A stretch of 64,000 nucleotides of DNA from Clostridia bacterium (GTDB lineage: Bacteria; Bacillota; Clostridia; Christensenellales; UMGS416). Position 1 is the stretch's first letter, and every line of letters starts with the position of its first letter. Below the pieces are notes generated by a model. The model was not told the DNA's origin. It ran no database searches and saw nothing but the letters and a program-made list of their open reading frames with translations. A program made the position numbers and the translations under genes. Shown piece after piece: positions 1 through 10,357 of this stretch. Location of the stretch: the NCBI GenBank assembly GCA_016938675.1, contig JAFGUF010000016.1:2792-66791 (forward strand), in the 5' to 3' direction.

Positions 1-389
1 CATGGCGTTTTCGTTGAATGCATTGAATGCAATTGTCTGAAATCATCTTTTTGTGGTTCATATATATTATCTCCACATCGTTCTATAATTTGACCTTGCG
101 GTGAATATAAAGGTTTTTTGTATTCAAATCTGCTATCCTTAAAATATTCACTAAATGTAAGTGCTTCAGTCACTTTCATTGCATATATCATTTTATTGCC
201 TAAGCCTTTGTTAGCTGGTGTTAATCCAATAATCCAGACAGACTTGCCTGAAGCACACAGCTTTCCTGCAGTTTTCCTTATCTTAGGTTTACAGCAAGCC
301 AAAGTGCAGTATCCTCCAAAAGGATTAGGAGCGAACCCTGAATCATGCTTTACTACATATGTAAATAATTTATCTATCTCAATTTGCAT
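1..389 (-). CDS. Nmad2-like (nucleotide modification associated domain 2) protein, partial; 3' end lies beyond the window start
   Basis: Absent from the ORF track because it runs off the window. Manual translation from ATG (cat at 387-389): MQIEIDKLFTYVVKHDSGFAPNPFGGYCTLACCKPKIRKTAGKLCASGKSVWIIGL... The Y-x-V-x-x-D-x-GFAPNPF-x-G-x-CTLA-x-CKP-x-IR signature matches my recollection of the Nmad2 family. Confidence 0.5.
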   Translation of the reverse strand, partial: MQIEIDKLFTYVVKHDSGFAPNPFGGYCTLACCKPKIRKTAGKLCASGKSVWIIGLTPANKGLGNKMIYAMKVTEALTFSEYFKDSRFEYKKPLYSPQGQIIERCGDNIYEPQKDDFRQLHSMHSTKTP

Positions 390-503
390 AAATTCAGTAT
401 ATCATTAATTAAAGACTACGACTATAGTATGAAGTATATTTATCCGCTATTTTCGGATAATTACATTGGCTTCACCCCTTGCGGAACTCTCCTAAAAATC
501 AGC

Positions 504-558
504 ATGTTAGATGGATGTTAGATGGTGCTGTTTCCGACCTCCTGACAAATGTTAGATA
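504..558. repeat. Direct repeats of ATGTTAGAT(G/A)(G/A): perfect tandem pair at 504-514 and 515-525, third copy at 549-558, degenerate fourth at 576-583
   Basis: Read directly from the sequence. They lie between a mobile-element-type gene and the 3' end of tRNA-Ala, where recombinase arm-type sites would sit. Confidence 0.6.
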
Positions 559-584
559 AGCACAATATATAGGGGGTAGATAAC

Positions 585-610
585 AAAAAACCACCATATA
601 TGGTGGTTTT
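585..610 (-). terminator. Rho-independent terminator downstream of tRNA-Ala (bidirectional shape)
   Basis: AAAAAA-CCACCA-TATA-TGGTGG-TTTT: a perfect 6-bp stem, with a T-run on the minus strand directly after the tRNA 3' end. Confidence 0.6.
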
Positions 611-612
611 TA

Positions 613-689
<77 letters not shown>

Positions 690-702
690 AAAATGTAATG
701 CC

Positions 703-731
703 ATTATATACAAAAAGCGCTGTAAGGTCAA
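703..731 (-). promoter_or_regulatory. Sigma-A type promoter for tRNA-Ala
   Basis: Minus strand reads TTGACC, 17 nt, TATAAT, about 14 nt upstream of the tRNA 5' end. Confidence 0.55.
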
Positions 732-767
732 GGAAATTACATTATCATTTATCTTTAATTTTTATAA

Positions 768-992
768 TTACCCGATTGGTATTATTCCTTTGGTTATAAG
801 GTAAACTATTATTAGGCCAATCAGCAATATTACAAGCAGTACCTTTGCCATTTTATACCCTATCTTTATAGCAAGCACGGCCAGCACTATCAGCCCTACT
901 GCGAATATAATATCAGAAATTGTAAAGGCCTTTATGTCGCCTTCCATCAGCTTTTCCCATATTTGCTTTGTCGTTGTTACTGCATCATTCAT
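768..992 (-). CDS. Small membrane protein, unknown function
   Basis: 74-aa ORF with two hydrophobic helices (IIFAVGLIVLAVLAI, VLLVILLIGLIIVYLI). No family recognised. Confidence 0.4.
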   Translation of the reverse strand: MNDAVTTTKQIWEKLMEGDIKAFTISDIIFAVGLIVLAVLAIKIGYKMAKVLLVILLIGLIIVYLITKGIIPIG

Positions 993-1008
993 ATATAATC
1001 CTCCATAC

Positions 1009-1383
1009 TCAGCTTTCTATCTTTTTCCCTCTGGTGTGTGTATATTCCTTTGGGTCAAAGCCGGTTATTTTCAATATTTTGCCGCGCTTCGGCTTAATGT
1101 CAACTATTCTTACACTTTTTAGGCTGTCATCATTGCAGATAAGGATACACTCCGTCAGCTTCTCCATAAACAAGCCCTTCTTCAGGTAGAATCCTTGATA
1201 TGCCGATGTCCCCTTTTTATCACTGTCAGCAAGCACTTTTTGTACACCATCAATAGTAGTCACATTATACATGCAGTCAAACGCTTCATATGACACATTT
1301 TTATTGAATAATGGTTCCATGGCAGCAAAATCCATTTTGTTATAGTTTGCACCAAAGCTTTTTAATAGTTTGCTCTTATCCAT
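1009..1383 (-). CDS. Hypothetical protein
   Basis: 124-aa ORF in the same orientation as its neighbours, closely spaced. No family recognised. Confidence 0.4.
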   Translation of the reverse strand: MDKSKLLKSFGANYNKMDFAAMEPLFNKNVSYEAFDCMYNVTTIDGVQKVLADSDKKGTSAYQGFYLKKGLFMEKLTECILICNDDSLKSVRIVDIKPKRGKILKITGFDPKEYTHTRGKKIES

Positions 1384-1466
1384 TGCCGCTGCGCCTCTTT
1401 TTGTATATTATATATACCTTTACCCTGTTTTTCAACAATTTATCTGCAAAATGTTCCAATCCGAGG

Positions 1467-2786
1467 TTATATTTTTATTCTTAAGAACCTTTTTGGATTT
1501 TCATAAGAGATTCTTTTAAAGTCTTTACCAAACGCAGTTTTAAACTGATTTAGGTACCTTGAAAGATCCGTTTCCGCCAGATCCAGCATAAAGAAATCCG
1601 AACCCCACATAATTTTCTTCTTTATTTTATTAGGAAGATTTGAATAAACTTTCTCATAAAATATCTCTTGGTTAAGGCGCGGAGATTCCACTGGCGTCAT
1701 AAAGCTTAAATCAGTATATGCATTTTTATAGTCATATACCAGCGATAATATCTCCTTAGTCCAGTATCCGGTGTCCAGTCCGTTCGCGTATTTCGCAACC
1801 TGCCTGTTGCCTCCCATATGAGCGAAATTTATCCTAAGCCGCGGATACTTCTCAAGAACCTTTCTCCAAAGCTTGGGGTGGTTTAAATATATCTGTCTTT
1901 CTTTCACCATCTCGTCAAAATCAAAAATGCCGTATTGATATTCAAGCACATTGTCTTCGCTAAGATGCTTCATCGGGATAACCTGGCCCGCCGGAGGATA
2001 GTATATATCTCCATGTACGACATTGCGTTTTAAAGTATGAGAAAATCCGCTGTATCCGCAATGCACAGTTATCGGAATATCGTGCCTCTGGCACCATGAA
2101 TAGACGCTCTGGCCTTTGCTGTTGTCAAAAAGCACTGGATCAGTCGGCGAATAGCCGAGGGCTGTATATAACTTTAGGCCTGCAAAAGTTTTGTTCTTTC
2201 CCACATGCTTTTTAATTTCTCCTAATACACCATGCTTAAATTCGCTGTCTCTTCTAGGGTCAATGCTGAAAAAGGGGTATACTCTGTCCGGCAGTGCCTC
2301 CTTGAGTGCTTCAAAATCCTGAATCTGAATTTCATAGTTGTCTTTAAAAATATTCTTTTTACCAAGATCCAGTTTGAACTGAATTTTTTCAAACAAATTA
2401 AGCATCTTGCTGGATTTTGCGCCCGATAAGGACTTTATGGCTTTCAATACTTTTTCGTTTATGCTGCGGGTTATAGTTTTTATCTTTTCTTCGTTTTCTT
2501 CATCATTTTCAAGAAAAGGGCTGACACTTGCGTAGGTCAAATCAAGCATCAGCGGCACAGCTATGAAGTCCTGTCCATAAGAGTTTTTCATATGGCTGTA
2601 TAGCTCGTAACAGTCATCGTCCATTCCATGAGAAATAAACTGCAGCACGTTTATTACGTCAGCATTTGAAAACCTTTTCGATATCTGTTCAGGGTTAATA
2701 TCTTTAAAATTATTGCTTATTCTCAAAAATTCTTCAGCTATCATCTCCTTGCTAAAGAGATGACAGTGTATATCAATTAGCATCAT
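1467..2786 (-). CDS. Amidohydrolase-family (TIM-barrel metal-dependent hydrolase) protein
   Basis: N-terminal IDIHCHLF metal-binding motif, internal HCGYSG, FAHMGG and a late GSDF motif. Confidence 0.6.
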   Translation of the reverse strand: MMLIDIHCHLFSKEMIAEEFLRISNNFKDINPEQISKRFSNADVINVLQFISHGMDDDCYELYSHMKNSYGQDFIAVPLMLDLTYASVSPFLENDEENEEKIKTITRSINEKVLKAIKSLSGAKSSKMLNLFEKIQFKLDLGKKNIFKDNYEIQIQDFEALKEALPDRVYPFFSIDPRRDSEFKHGVLGEIKKHVGKNKTFAGLKLYTALGYSPTDPVLFDNSKGQSVYSWCQRHDIPITVHCGYSGFSHTLKRNVVHGDIYYPPAGQVIPMKHLSEDNVLEYQYGIFDFDEMVKERQIYLNHPKLWRKVLEKYPRLRINFAHMGGNRQVAKYANGLDTGYWTKEILSLVYDYKNAYTDLSFMTPVESPRLNQEIFYEKVYSNLPNKIKKKIMWGSDFFMLDLAETDLSRYLNQFKTAFGKDFKRISYENPKRFLRIKI

Positions 2787-2912
2787 ATTCTCCGTTTTTG
2801 CTTATATATTTATTAATACTGTAAAAAATTATACCATATCAGCTTTAAGTATTCCATTCCTAGAAAAAAGATGACCCAAGCGAGTCATCCGGATTATTGT
2901 AAAATTCAAAAA

Positions 2913-4400
2913 CTATTCATTCTTATGTGTTTTTCTATATGTTGCCGGGGTCATGTTGTATTGCTTGGAAAACATCTTGGAAAAATGCTTTTCATCCAGA
3001 TAACCAACCATATGAGATATCTCATATACTTTAAGCCGTGTTGTAACCAGCAATTCACAGGCCTTCTCCATCCTTATGTTGCAAAGGTAATTGGAGTAAT
3101 TCTCACCTGTTATTTTCTTAAATGAAGCACTGAAATACGGTGTGCTAAGATTGATCATGTCCGCTATTTCCTTTGTGCTTATTTGCTTGTCATAGTTTTT
3201 ATTTATGTATTTTACTGCTTCTTCAATTGCTGCACCGGCTTGATTAAAGTTAATCTTTTGTAGGGAGATCAGCGCGGGCTTTATCAGCTTCATGAACTCC
3301 TCATGAATCCTTATAATAGAATAACTGCTATTGATATATTGGATAAACTCATCCACGTCTGATACATGCTCTGAATTGACTTCTTTTAATGAGTCCTGCA
3401 GCTTCAAGGCAAGCCTTTCTGCCATTTTGCGTGCATCTTTATAGTATATATCTTCTGCGGTAACGGCCTCTTCGAACCATTGATTGGAAAGATTTGAATA
3501 GTAAGTATAGCGTTTGAGTTCAAGCTGCTTTTCAATCTCATCAAATAAAATGCTCTTTGGCTTAACTAAATGCTCCTGCAGGTCCTTTCTGCACAAGAGC
3601 AGATTAGGCAGCCTTCCTTCCTTCTTCTCTGCAATATCAAGCAGCTTATATGCTTTAAGCGCTTCGTCCCCAATGCCCTCTCCATTCTCCACAATCTCTG
3701 AAATGGCCACATTCCCCTTAAGAGCATATGGCGACAGGCTCCTTGCTACGTTCATTACCTTCGCACTGAACATTACATCCGCAGTTTTTGCAGAGGCACA
3801 TATGCCTATATAGAGTCCGTCTTCAATCAGGTATACATACATATAGTCTTTCATTATTTCATAACTGCCTTTGTATGAACCCTTGTCATTAAGATAGCAT
3901 ACTATCAGGCTGATTTTATCCATGCCGTTTAGCCAATCGCCCGGTGTCCCGTTAAGCAAATCAGTAATATTTTTTTTGTATTTAATATCATTTAGTTCCG
4001 CAATTTCTGAGATACTGCGCATCGTATTATCGAGGTGCTTTTTTAGCTTTGTAAATACTTTTTCGATTTCCTCATACATATTCAGCTTCATTATGTAGTT
4101 GAATACACCGATATCCAGTCCCTGCTTGGCATATGAAAACTCATCATATCCCGATAAAAACACTATCTCAATACTGTTGTTAAACTGTTTTATCTGTCTG
4201 GCCATATCCAGGCCATTCATTTTGGGCATCCTGATATCAGTCAGCACGACATCCGCCTCTAGTTGTTTGGCCTTTAAAAGGCCTTCCTGCCCGTCGCGTC
4301 CGCACCCAACAATCTGAAACCCAAGTTTTGTCCAGTCAATCGTTGTTATTAGCCCGTTCCTTAATATTTCCTCATCCTCTACAATAAGCAGTTTATACAT
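2913..4400 (-). CDS. Response regulator with C-terminal AraC-type HTH (YesN-like)
   Basis: Receiver domain (MYKLLIVEDEE..., DVVLTDIRMPKMNGLD) plus an AraC HTH tail (ISTKEIADMINLSTPYFSASFKK...MTPATYRK). Confidence 0.85.
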   Translation of the reverse strand: MYKLLIVEDEEILRNGLITTIDWTKLGFQIVGCGRDGQEGLLKAKQLEADVVLTDIRMPKMNGLDMARQIKQFNNSIEIVFLSGYDEFSYAKQGLDIGVFNYIMKLNMYEEIEKVFTKLKKHLDNTMRSISEIAELNDIKYKKNITDLLNGTPGDWLNGMDKISLIVCYLNDKGSYKGSYEIMKDYMYVYLIEDGLYIGICASAKTADVMFSAKVMNVARSLSPYALKGNVAISEIVENGEGIGDEALKAYKLLDIAEKKEGRLPNLLLCRKDLQEHLVKPKSILFDEIEKQLELKRYTYYSNLSNQWFEEAVTAEDIYYKDARKMAERLALKLQDSLKEVNSEHVSDVDEFIQYINSSYSIIRIHEEFMKLIKPALISLQKINFNQAGAAIEEAVKYINKNYDKQISTKEIADMINLSTPYFSASFKKITGENYSNYLCNIRMEKACELLVTTRLKVYEISHMVGYLDEKHFSKMFSKQYNMTPATYRKTHKNE

Positions 4401-4405
4401 TTCCT

Positions 4406-7087
4406 CTACTCCTCCTTCTCAACAATTATAGGAAGCATTATTTCCACTTTCAGCCCTCTTCCGGAGTTGCTCTTTAGTATTACTCCGTATTCCTGGCCGC
4501 AATTCAGCTTTATTCTCTCATTAATATTAGCCAGTCCCAAATGATTCGACATATCAAAATTGTTTATGCTGGCCTGTAATCTATTTATTTTTTCCTCTTT
4601 CATTCCTTTGCCGTTGTCTGATACTTCCAATATAAGCACATTGTTTTTTACATATGCACTGATTTTTACTTTTAGGTCCCTTCCTTCCAGGTATCCTATG
4701 TTGTGTTCAATAGCATTTTCCACAATTGGCTGCAAAATAAACTTTACAACTTGGAAAGCCATAATGGATTCTTCTATATTAATATCTACTTTAATACAGT
4801 TATTATAGCGAATCTGCTGTATATTTATATACTGGCTCACATGGTCTATCTCTTCTTTGAGAGGTATCATCACATGCCCTCTGTACAATCCCATCCTCAT
4901 AAGGTTACCTGTATATACTACCATGTCCGTTGCTTTTTCTGTCTGGCCGGTTTTTATCAGAACAGCAATGGATGAAAATATATTGTACATGAAGTGCGGG
5001 TTTATCTGTGTCTGCAGCGTTAATATCTCTGCGTCTTTTCTCCTCTTCTCGTTTTCACGCCTCTCTTCCTCCAGCGCCTTCTGCTCCCTTGCATATATAT
5101 TCACCTGGTCTGAAAGGGTTTTTACCCTGTTTACAATAAGTGCGAATTCTTCCTTCCCCAGCAGCATTGTGCTCATTGGAATCTGTGGGCTGTCCGTATA
5201 GAGAGCATTGCTTATATGGATAATAGGATTAAGTGTCGCTCTGGTAAGAATGCTTGCGGCAAATATCAAGGTAATGCATATGAAAAATACTACGCTCATA
5301 AACATTACTACATACTTATCCCATATTCGGTCAAAAAATATCTTTTCTTTTTCAATGTATAGGTAGTTAATCTTTGCTTTAGGCAGCTCAATTATTTCAG
5401 CCTGCGGGTATTTGTCAATATTTCTTACAACGTCTATTACCTTCTCATCCGATATATTAGGGGAACCTAAAACAGCAAATATTTTGTCTGCATATCTATA
5501 TAAATAACTTGAATACTGATATCCGTTGTTATAAATCGAATTTTTTCTTAGTGTGTGGCTTTCCAGTTCCAGCTTGCAATACCCTATCGTTTCCCCTTCC
5601 TTGTTTCGTATTCTCTGATGCAGCACAAATGTATCCAATCCTTCTGTGAATAACCATTTGTATTCTTCGTCCACGTTCAGCCTGTATCGTATATACCTGT
5701 CATCTTCAAGATACTTGTTAGATGACACAACTGCCTCCCCATCAGGCATATAAATTGTAACTGAGCTGCCCTCATTATATATCAGCTGTGAGTATTCATG
5801 TATGTAATTAATAAAAAGGAAATCATAGTTCACATCCTTCTTTACTCTGTAGCCTTCAAGCGCATTCTGTATTCTCTCGTCCTTAGCTATCAGGTTAATC
5901 GGGTTGCGCCACATATCATAGTGCTCATCCAAAATGTGCCCGTAAAATTCTGCGCTATCGGCATACCTTTCTTCAATATATCCGTTTAGTATTTGATTTT
6001 CAGCATACCACTGAACTGCGCCAGCAAATATAATAGGTATGAGGCAAAAGGAGAAAAACAGCATTATATTATTCTGCAGTAGATAGTTCTCCTTAGGCAT
6101 TGGCATATCTGCCTTTTCTCCGTCATCCAAAGAACCTTTATCTCTTATCAGCTTTATCCACATTAAGAAAAAATCAAGCGGTTTTGTTATTTTCTCCGAC
6201 CAGAACCAAAAGAGTATGCTTACAAGAGCAAAGAACAGAATGAGCAAAACATAGATTACATACCTGTATGTCATGTCTATATCATTTATTATACCGAGGC
6301 AATAGTCGCCCTTCTCGTCTTCATTGCTAAAATAGCACATAATATATTTATTAGCACCAAATCCATACTTTCTGTAGTTTTTGCTGCTCCCAAGGCTGAA
6401 GCTAAAGGTATTTGTCCCCAGTGGCTCCGTGTTAATCCTTAGTTCTTCCTGCCCGTATCTGTTATATATTACTATATTGTTATCTGAAAAATTAAAAATC
6501 TTGTCGTATCTTGGTATTGCTATTATATACATGCCGGATTTATACATTAATTCTTCTGCAATTATATCACTGCTTTTATATGTATCTTCTTCCTTATATA
6601 TTCCGTAGTACGATAAAAACTCCAATGTCGATTGCTTGTCTTCAAAGTCTGCTTCCGGGCCATTTGCCATGCTTTCTGCAGATACGGAAATCCCTTCTTC
6701 CGAATTGCAAATATATACAATATTCTCTCCGTCTACAACTGAAATATTTGCGCCCGAAGTATATTCGGAAAATATTTCTGCCATCTGTTCGGCTTTTCCA
6801 TTCATGATCTCAGCAGGAGCATATTTTACTTCGTCCATTATACGAATAATTTCGTCATTGTAGTTTTTGCCGTTTGCAAGAAACGATATGCTTATATTAT
6901 AATAGCTTCTTAAATCTGAGTATAAATCATAAAGCTGCTGCATCTCTTTTATCTCGGATTCTGCTACAGCCTCAAAGTATGCAGTATTAGTAACAGTCTG
7001 AAGAGCTAGAACAAACAGTATCATAAACAAGCACATGAAAACAATGCACGTAAAAAACAGCTTCGTTCTTGTTTTGCTCCTGCTCAT
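4406..7087 (-). CDS. Sensor histidine kinase (YesM-like, His_kinase/HATPase_c) with a large N-terminal sensing region
   Basis: TM helices, then INPHFMYNIFSSI (LytS/YesM-type phosphoacceptor), QPIVENAIEH, DNGKGM and GLANINERI. Separated by 5 nt from the cognate regulator. Confidence 0.85.
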   Translation of the reverse strand: MSRSKTRTKLFFTCIVFMCLFMILFVLALQTVTNTAYFEAVAESEIKEMQQLYDLYSDLRSYYNISISFLANGKNYNDEIIRIMDEVKYAPAEIMNGKAEQMAEIFSEYTSGANISVVDGENIVYICNSEEGISVSAESMANGPEADFEDKQSTLEFLSYYGIYKEEDTYKSSDIIAEELMYKSGMYIIAIPRYDKIFNFSDNNIVIYNRYGQEELRINTEPLGTNTFSFSLGSSKNYRKYGFGANKYIMCYFSNEDEKGDYCLGIINDIDMTYRYVIYVLLILFFALVSILFWFWSEKITKPLDFFLMWIKLIRDKGSLDDGEKADMPMPKENYLLQNNIMLFFSFCLIPIIFAGAVQWYAENQILNGYIEERYADSAEFYGHILDEHYDMWRNPINLIAKDERIQNALEGYRVKKDVNYDFLFINYIHEYSQLIYNEGSSVTIYMPDGEAVVSSNKYLEDDRYIRYRLNVDEEYKWLFTEGLDTFVLHQRIRNKEGETIGYCKLELESHTLRKNSIYNNGYQYSSYLYRYADKIFAVLGSPNISDEKVIDVVRNIDKYPQAEIIELPKAKINYLYIEKEKIFFDRIWDKYVVMFMSVVFFICITLIFAASILTRATLNPIIHISNALYTDSPQIPMSTMLLGKEEFALIVNRVKTLSDQVNIYAREQKALEEERRENEKRRKDAEILTLQTQINPHFMYNIFSSIAVLIKTGQTEKATDMVVYTGNLMRMGLYRGHVMIPLKEEIDHVSQYINIQQIRYNNCIKVDINIEESIMAFQVVKFILQPIVENAIEHNIGYLEGRDLKVKISAYVKNNVLILEVSDNGKGMKEEKINRLQASINNFDMSNHLGLANINERIKLNCGQEYGVILKSNSGRGLKVEIMLPIIVEKEE

Positions 7088-7474
7088 ATCTTCCCCGATT
7101 TTACAAAATAAAGTGCGTTTATATAATACAAAATTATTATAATAGTATTTATTTTAATACATATAAGCTCTTTTGTTAATAAGCTAACACTAAAAAAAAT
7201 AAAATACACTTTCTATTGAAATTGATAGGTTTGTTATTTTTGCCGTTTTCTGTATCGTGCTATTTTATAATCCATCCTTCCATATACTTTGCGCCTTAAA
7301 CACATTCATTATTGCATAATCTTAATAAAGCCACTTTTCAGCCGCTTTTTTTAAATAGATTAGTCAAAAAACATTTGTATTATTAATAAATATTTTATAC
7401 AATAGAAAGACAGGGCTTTAAGATAGAAATTTAAACTAATTGAATTTATTAAAGAAAGAACAAGGAGATACAAT

Positions 7475-9553
7475 ATGAAGGACTACACAACATCGAACAT
7501 ACGGAATATAGGGCTGGTGGGCCACGGCAGCCAAGGTAAAACCATTCTCGCAGAGGCCATGGTTTATAACTCCGGCGAAATTGACCGGATGGGCAAAGTG
7601 GAGAATGGTAATACAGTAATGGACTTTGACCCTGAAGAAACGAAACGTGAAATATCAATTTCTCTGTCAATGGCTCCCGTAGAATGGAATAATCACAAAA
7701 TTAATGTTATAGACATCCCTGGGTATTTCGATATGGTTGGAGAAATGGCCAGCGGACTTAAGGTTTCAGATAGCGCTATAATAGTTCTAGGAGCAACTTC
7801 AGGCCTCGAAGTTGGCGCAGAAAAGGCATGGGACTACTGCGAAAAATATTCTATTGCAAAAATGTTTTTCGTTAATGCCATGGACAAAGAACACGCAAAC
7901 TTTGATAAGCTATTGGAAGAACTCCAATCCAAATACGGAACATCTGTAGTTCCTATTCAGCTTCCTATCATGGAAGGTGCAGCCTTCGTTGGGTATGTTG
8001 ACATATTATCAGGCAAAGCATATAAATTCGATGGATCTAAAAAAACAGAAATCGAAGTTCCCGGTGCATTATCAGCAAAGGTATCAGAGCTTCAGGAAAC
8101 ACTGACCGAGGCAGCCGCAAGCAGTGATGAAAAGCTGATGGAAGTGTATTTTGATAAAGGCGAACTTTCGAAAGAAGAGATTATTAAAGGCTTGAAATCC
8201 GGTATTCTAGAGGGTTCTTTGGTTCCGGTTGCATGCGGGTCGGCTTTGGAAAACAAGAATATAAATTCGCTGCTGGACTGTATAGTAGATCTGATGCCTT
8301 CGCCTCTACAGGCAAAGCCGTATGATGCTATGGATACAAAAGCAAACAAGGAAATTTCTCTGGAATGTGACAGCTCCAAGCCTGTTGTATTATTCGTATT
8401 TAAGTCAATTACCGACAAGCATGTCGGCAAGATAAACTTCTTTAGGATATTAAGCGGAACTTTGAAGTCGGGTGACCACCTTTATAATTCTTCAACTCAA
8501 AAAGAAGAACGTATTCAGCACGTTTACCTGATGCTTGGCAAAAAGCAAATTGATATTTCCGAGCTCCAATGCGGAGATATCGGAGCATTGACAAAGCTGA
8601 CCAATACAAACACTAATGATACATTGTATGATCCATCCTGGCCAGTAAAAGTAAATGAAATAGAATTCCCGGTACCCTGTATCTCCTATGCAATAAGCTC
8701 AGCCAAGGAAGGCGATGAAGACAAAGTATTCTCAGGACTAAGCAAACTCCAGGAAGAAGACCCTTCATTTGTAGTTGCAAAAGCTGAGGATACGTCAGAT
8801 ACCCTGATTTCCGGACAGGGCGCAATGCATATAAACATAGTGGTAAGCAAATTGGAAGCCAAATTCCACGCGGAAGCTATCCTTGCAGACCCTCAGATTG
8901 CATACAGAGAAACTATAAGAAAAACTGTAGAAGCTAAAGGCAGGCACAAAAAGCAATCCGGCGGACACGGACAATTCGGTGACGTTGCAATAAGGTTTGA
9001 ACCCATTCTTGACGGCTCAGCTGATTTTGAATTCGTTGATGCTATCGTAGGCGGTGTTGTTCCTAAAAACTATATCCCTGCCGTTGAAAAGGGACTGCGT
9101 GAATGCATAACAAAAGGCGCACTTGCAGGCTTCCCAGTTCTTAACCTGAAATGCACTCTCTTTGACGGATCATACCATCCGGTTGACTCCTCCGAAATGG
9201 CATTTAAGACAGCTGCTCACCTAGCATTCAAGAAAGGCTGCCTGGAGGCTAGCCCGGTAATTCTTGAGCCCATATATCATGTTTCCATTACTGTCCCAGA
9301 TGACTACATGGGAGATATAATGGGAGATATGAGCAGGAGACGCGGCAAAATACTCGGCTCAAGCCCTGCAGGCAAAGGCCAGCAGCAGGTTGAAGCGGAA
9401 GCGCCGCAGTCTGAGCTCTTCAAGTACGCCACTGACCTTCGTTCTATGACAGGTGCAAGAGGATCATTCATAATGAAGTTTTCACACTATGAAGACCTTC
9501 CTGGCAACCTGGCACAGAAAGTAATAGAAGAGGCTAAGAGCGAAGAAGAATAA
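7475..9553 (+). CDS. Elongation factor G paralogue (EF-G-like GTPase) with atypical G motifs
   Basis: 692 aa with EF-G domain order. G1 is GHGSQGKT, G3 is DIPGYFD, G4 is NAMDK. Domain IV/V-like C-terminus (HPVDSSEMAFK). Confidence 0.8.
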   Translation: MKDYTTSNIRNIGLVGHGSQGKTILAEAMVYNSGEIDRMGKVENGNTVMDFDPEETKREISISLSMAPVEWNNHKINVIDIPGYFDMVGEMASGLKVSDSAIIVLGATSGLEVGAEKAWDYCEKYSIAKMFFVNAMDKEHANFDKLLEELQSKYGTSVVPIQLPIMEGAAFVGYVDILSGKAYKFDGSKKTEIEVPGALSAKVSELQETLTEAAASSDEKLMEVYFDKGELSKEEIIKGLKSGILEGSLVPVACGSALENKNINSLLDCIVDLMPSPLQAKPYDAMDTKANKEISLECDSSKPVVLFVFKSITDKHVGKINFFRILSGTLKSGDHLYNSSTQKEERIQHVYLMLGKKQIDISELQCGDIGALTKLTNTNTNDTLYDPSWPVKVNEIEFPVPCISYAISSAKEGDEDKVFSGLSKLQEEDPSFVVAKAEDTSDTLISGQGAMHINIVVSKLEAKFHAEAILADPQIAYRETIRKTVEAKGRHKKQSGGHGQFGDVAIRFEPILDGSADFEFVDAIVGGVVPKNYIPAVEKGLRECITKGALAGFPVLNLKCTLFDGSYHPVDSSEMAFKTAAHLAFKKGCLEASPVILEPIYHVSITVPDDYMGDIMGDMSRRRGKILGSSPAGKGQQQVEAEAPQSELFKYATDLRSMTGARGSFIMKFSHYEDLPGNLAQKVIEEAKSEEE

Positions 9554-9581
9554 AGATAATAGTAGTTTAAATAAAGATAAT

Positions 9582-9610
9582 AAAATGGTATACTAATGTA
9601 TACCATTTTT
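9582..9610 (+). terminator. Rho-independent terminator after the EF-G paralogue
   Basis: AATGGTATAC-TAAT-GTATACCATT followed by a T-run. Confidence 0.6.
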
Positions 9611-9637
9611 ATTATATATAATAACTGGAGAAACTGA

Positions 9638-10345
9638 ATGATAAAAACCTATGCATCATATAACCAGGTAAAAGAGACGCATGAACTGGCCGGCCATCTT
9701 ACAATAGTTGTAGATGTCCTAAGGGCAACAAGCACAATGCTCACTGCATTAAAAAACGGCGCGAGCTATATATATCCTGTAGAGAGTGTATCCGATGCTA
9801 TGAAGCTAAAGCAGTATCATACTCAGGCAGTGCTGGGAGGAGAAAGGGACCTGAATAAAATCGAAGGTTTTCACTACTCAAATTCCCCCTATGATTACCC
9901 GATGCACCATATCTACAATAAGCAGCTTATATTCACTACCACTAACGGAACAAGAGCAATGCAAAAGTGCAACGACGCTGCGCAGTGCACAATTGCAGCA
10001 ATGCTGAATGCCGGAGCTATTATAAACCTTTGTAAAAACACATCTCTGCCTATATCTATAGTAATGGCGGGTACAGAAGGGATGTTTGCCCTAGAGGACG
10101 CCCTATGCGCAGGAGCCATAATATATGGGCTGAACAAGCTGCAGAAGGCTGACGACCTTGGCAATGTGTGCGCGGATATATTTTACAAGCACTTAGACAA
10201 AAAAGACTTTTACTCAGCCATGATGCAGGGAAACCACGCAAGATACCTGGCGGAGAATGGATTCAGAGATGATATCAAATTCTGCAGCCAGTACAATATA
10301 TATGATATAGCTCCCACCTACAAGGAGGGAGTACTGACATTATAA
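9638..10345 (+). CDS. comB: 2-phosphosulfolactate phosphatase family protein
   Basis: VVDVLRATST motif and overall length typical of the ComB family. Confidence 0.65.
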   Translation: MIKTYASYNQVKETHELAGHLTIVVDVLRATSTMLTALKNGASYIYPVESVSDAMKLKQYHTQAVLGGERDLNKIEGFHYSNSPYDYPMHHIYNKQLIFTTTNGTRAMQKCNDAAQCTIAAMLNAGAIINLCKNTSLPISIVMAGTEGMFALEDALCAGAIIYGLNKLQKADDLGNVCADIFYKHLDKKDFYSAMMQGNHARYLAENGFRDDIKFCSQYNIYDIAPTYKEGVLTL

Positions 10346-10357
10346 AGGAGAAAACTT

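Noticed and set aside
118-408. 96-aa plus-strand ORF from the track
   Set aside because: It lies entirely antisense to the much more convincing Nmad2-like reading frame (1-389, minus strand). It has no RBS and a low-complexity hydrophobic translation.
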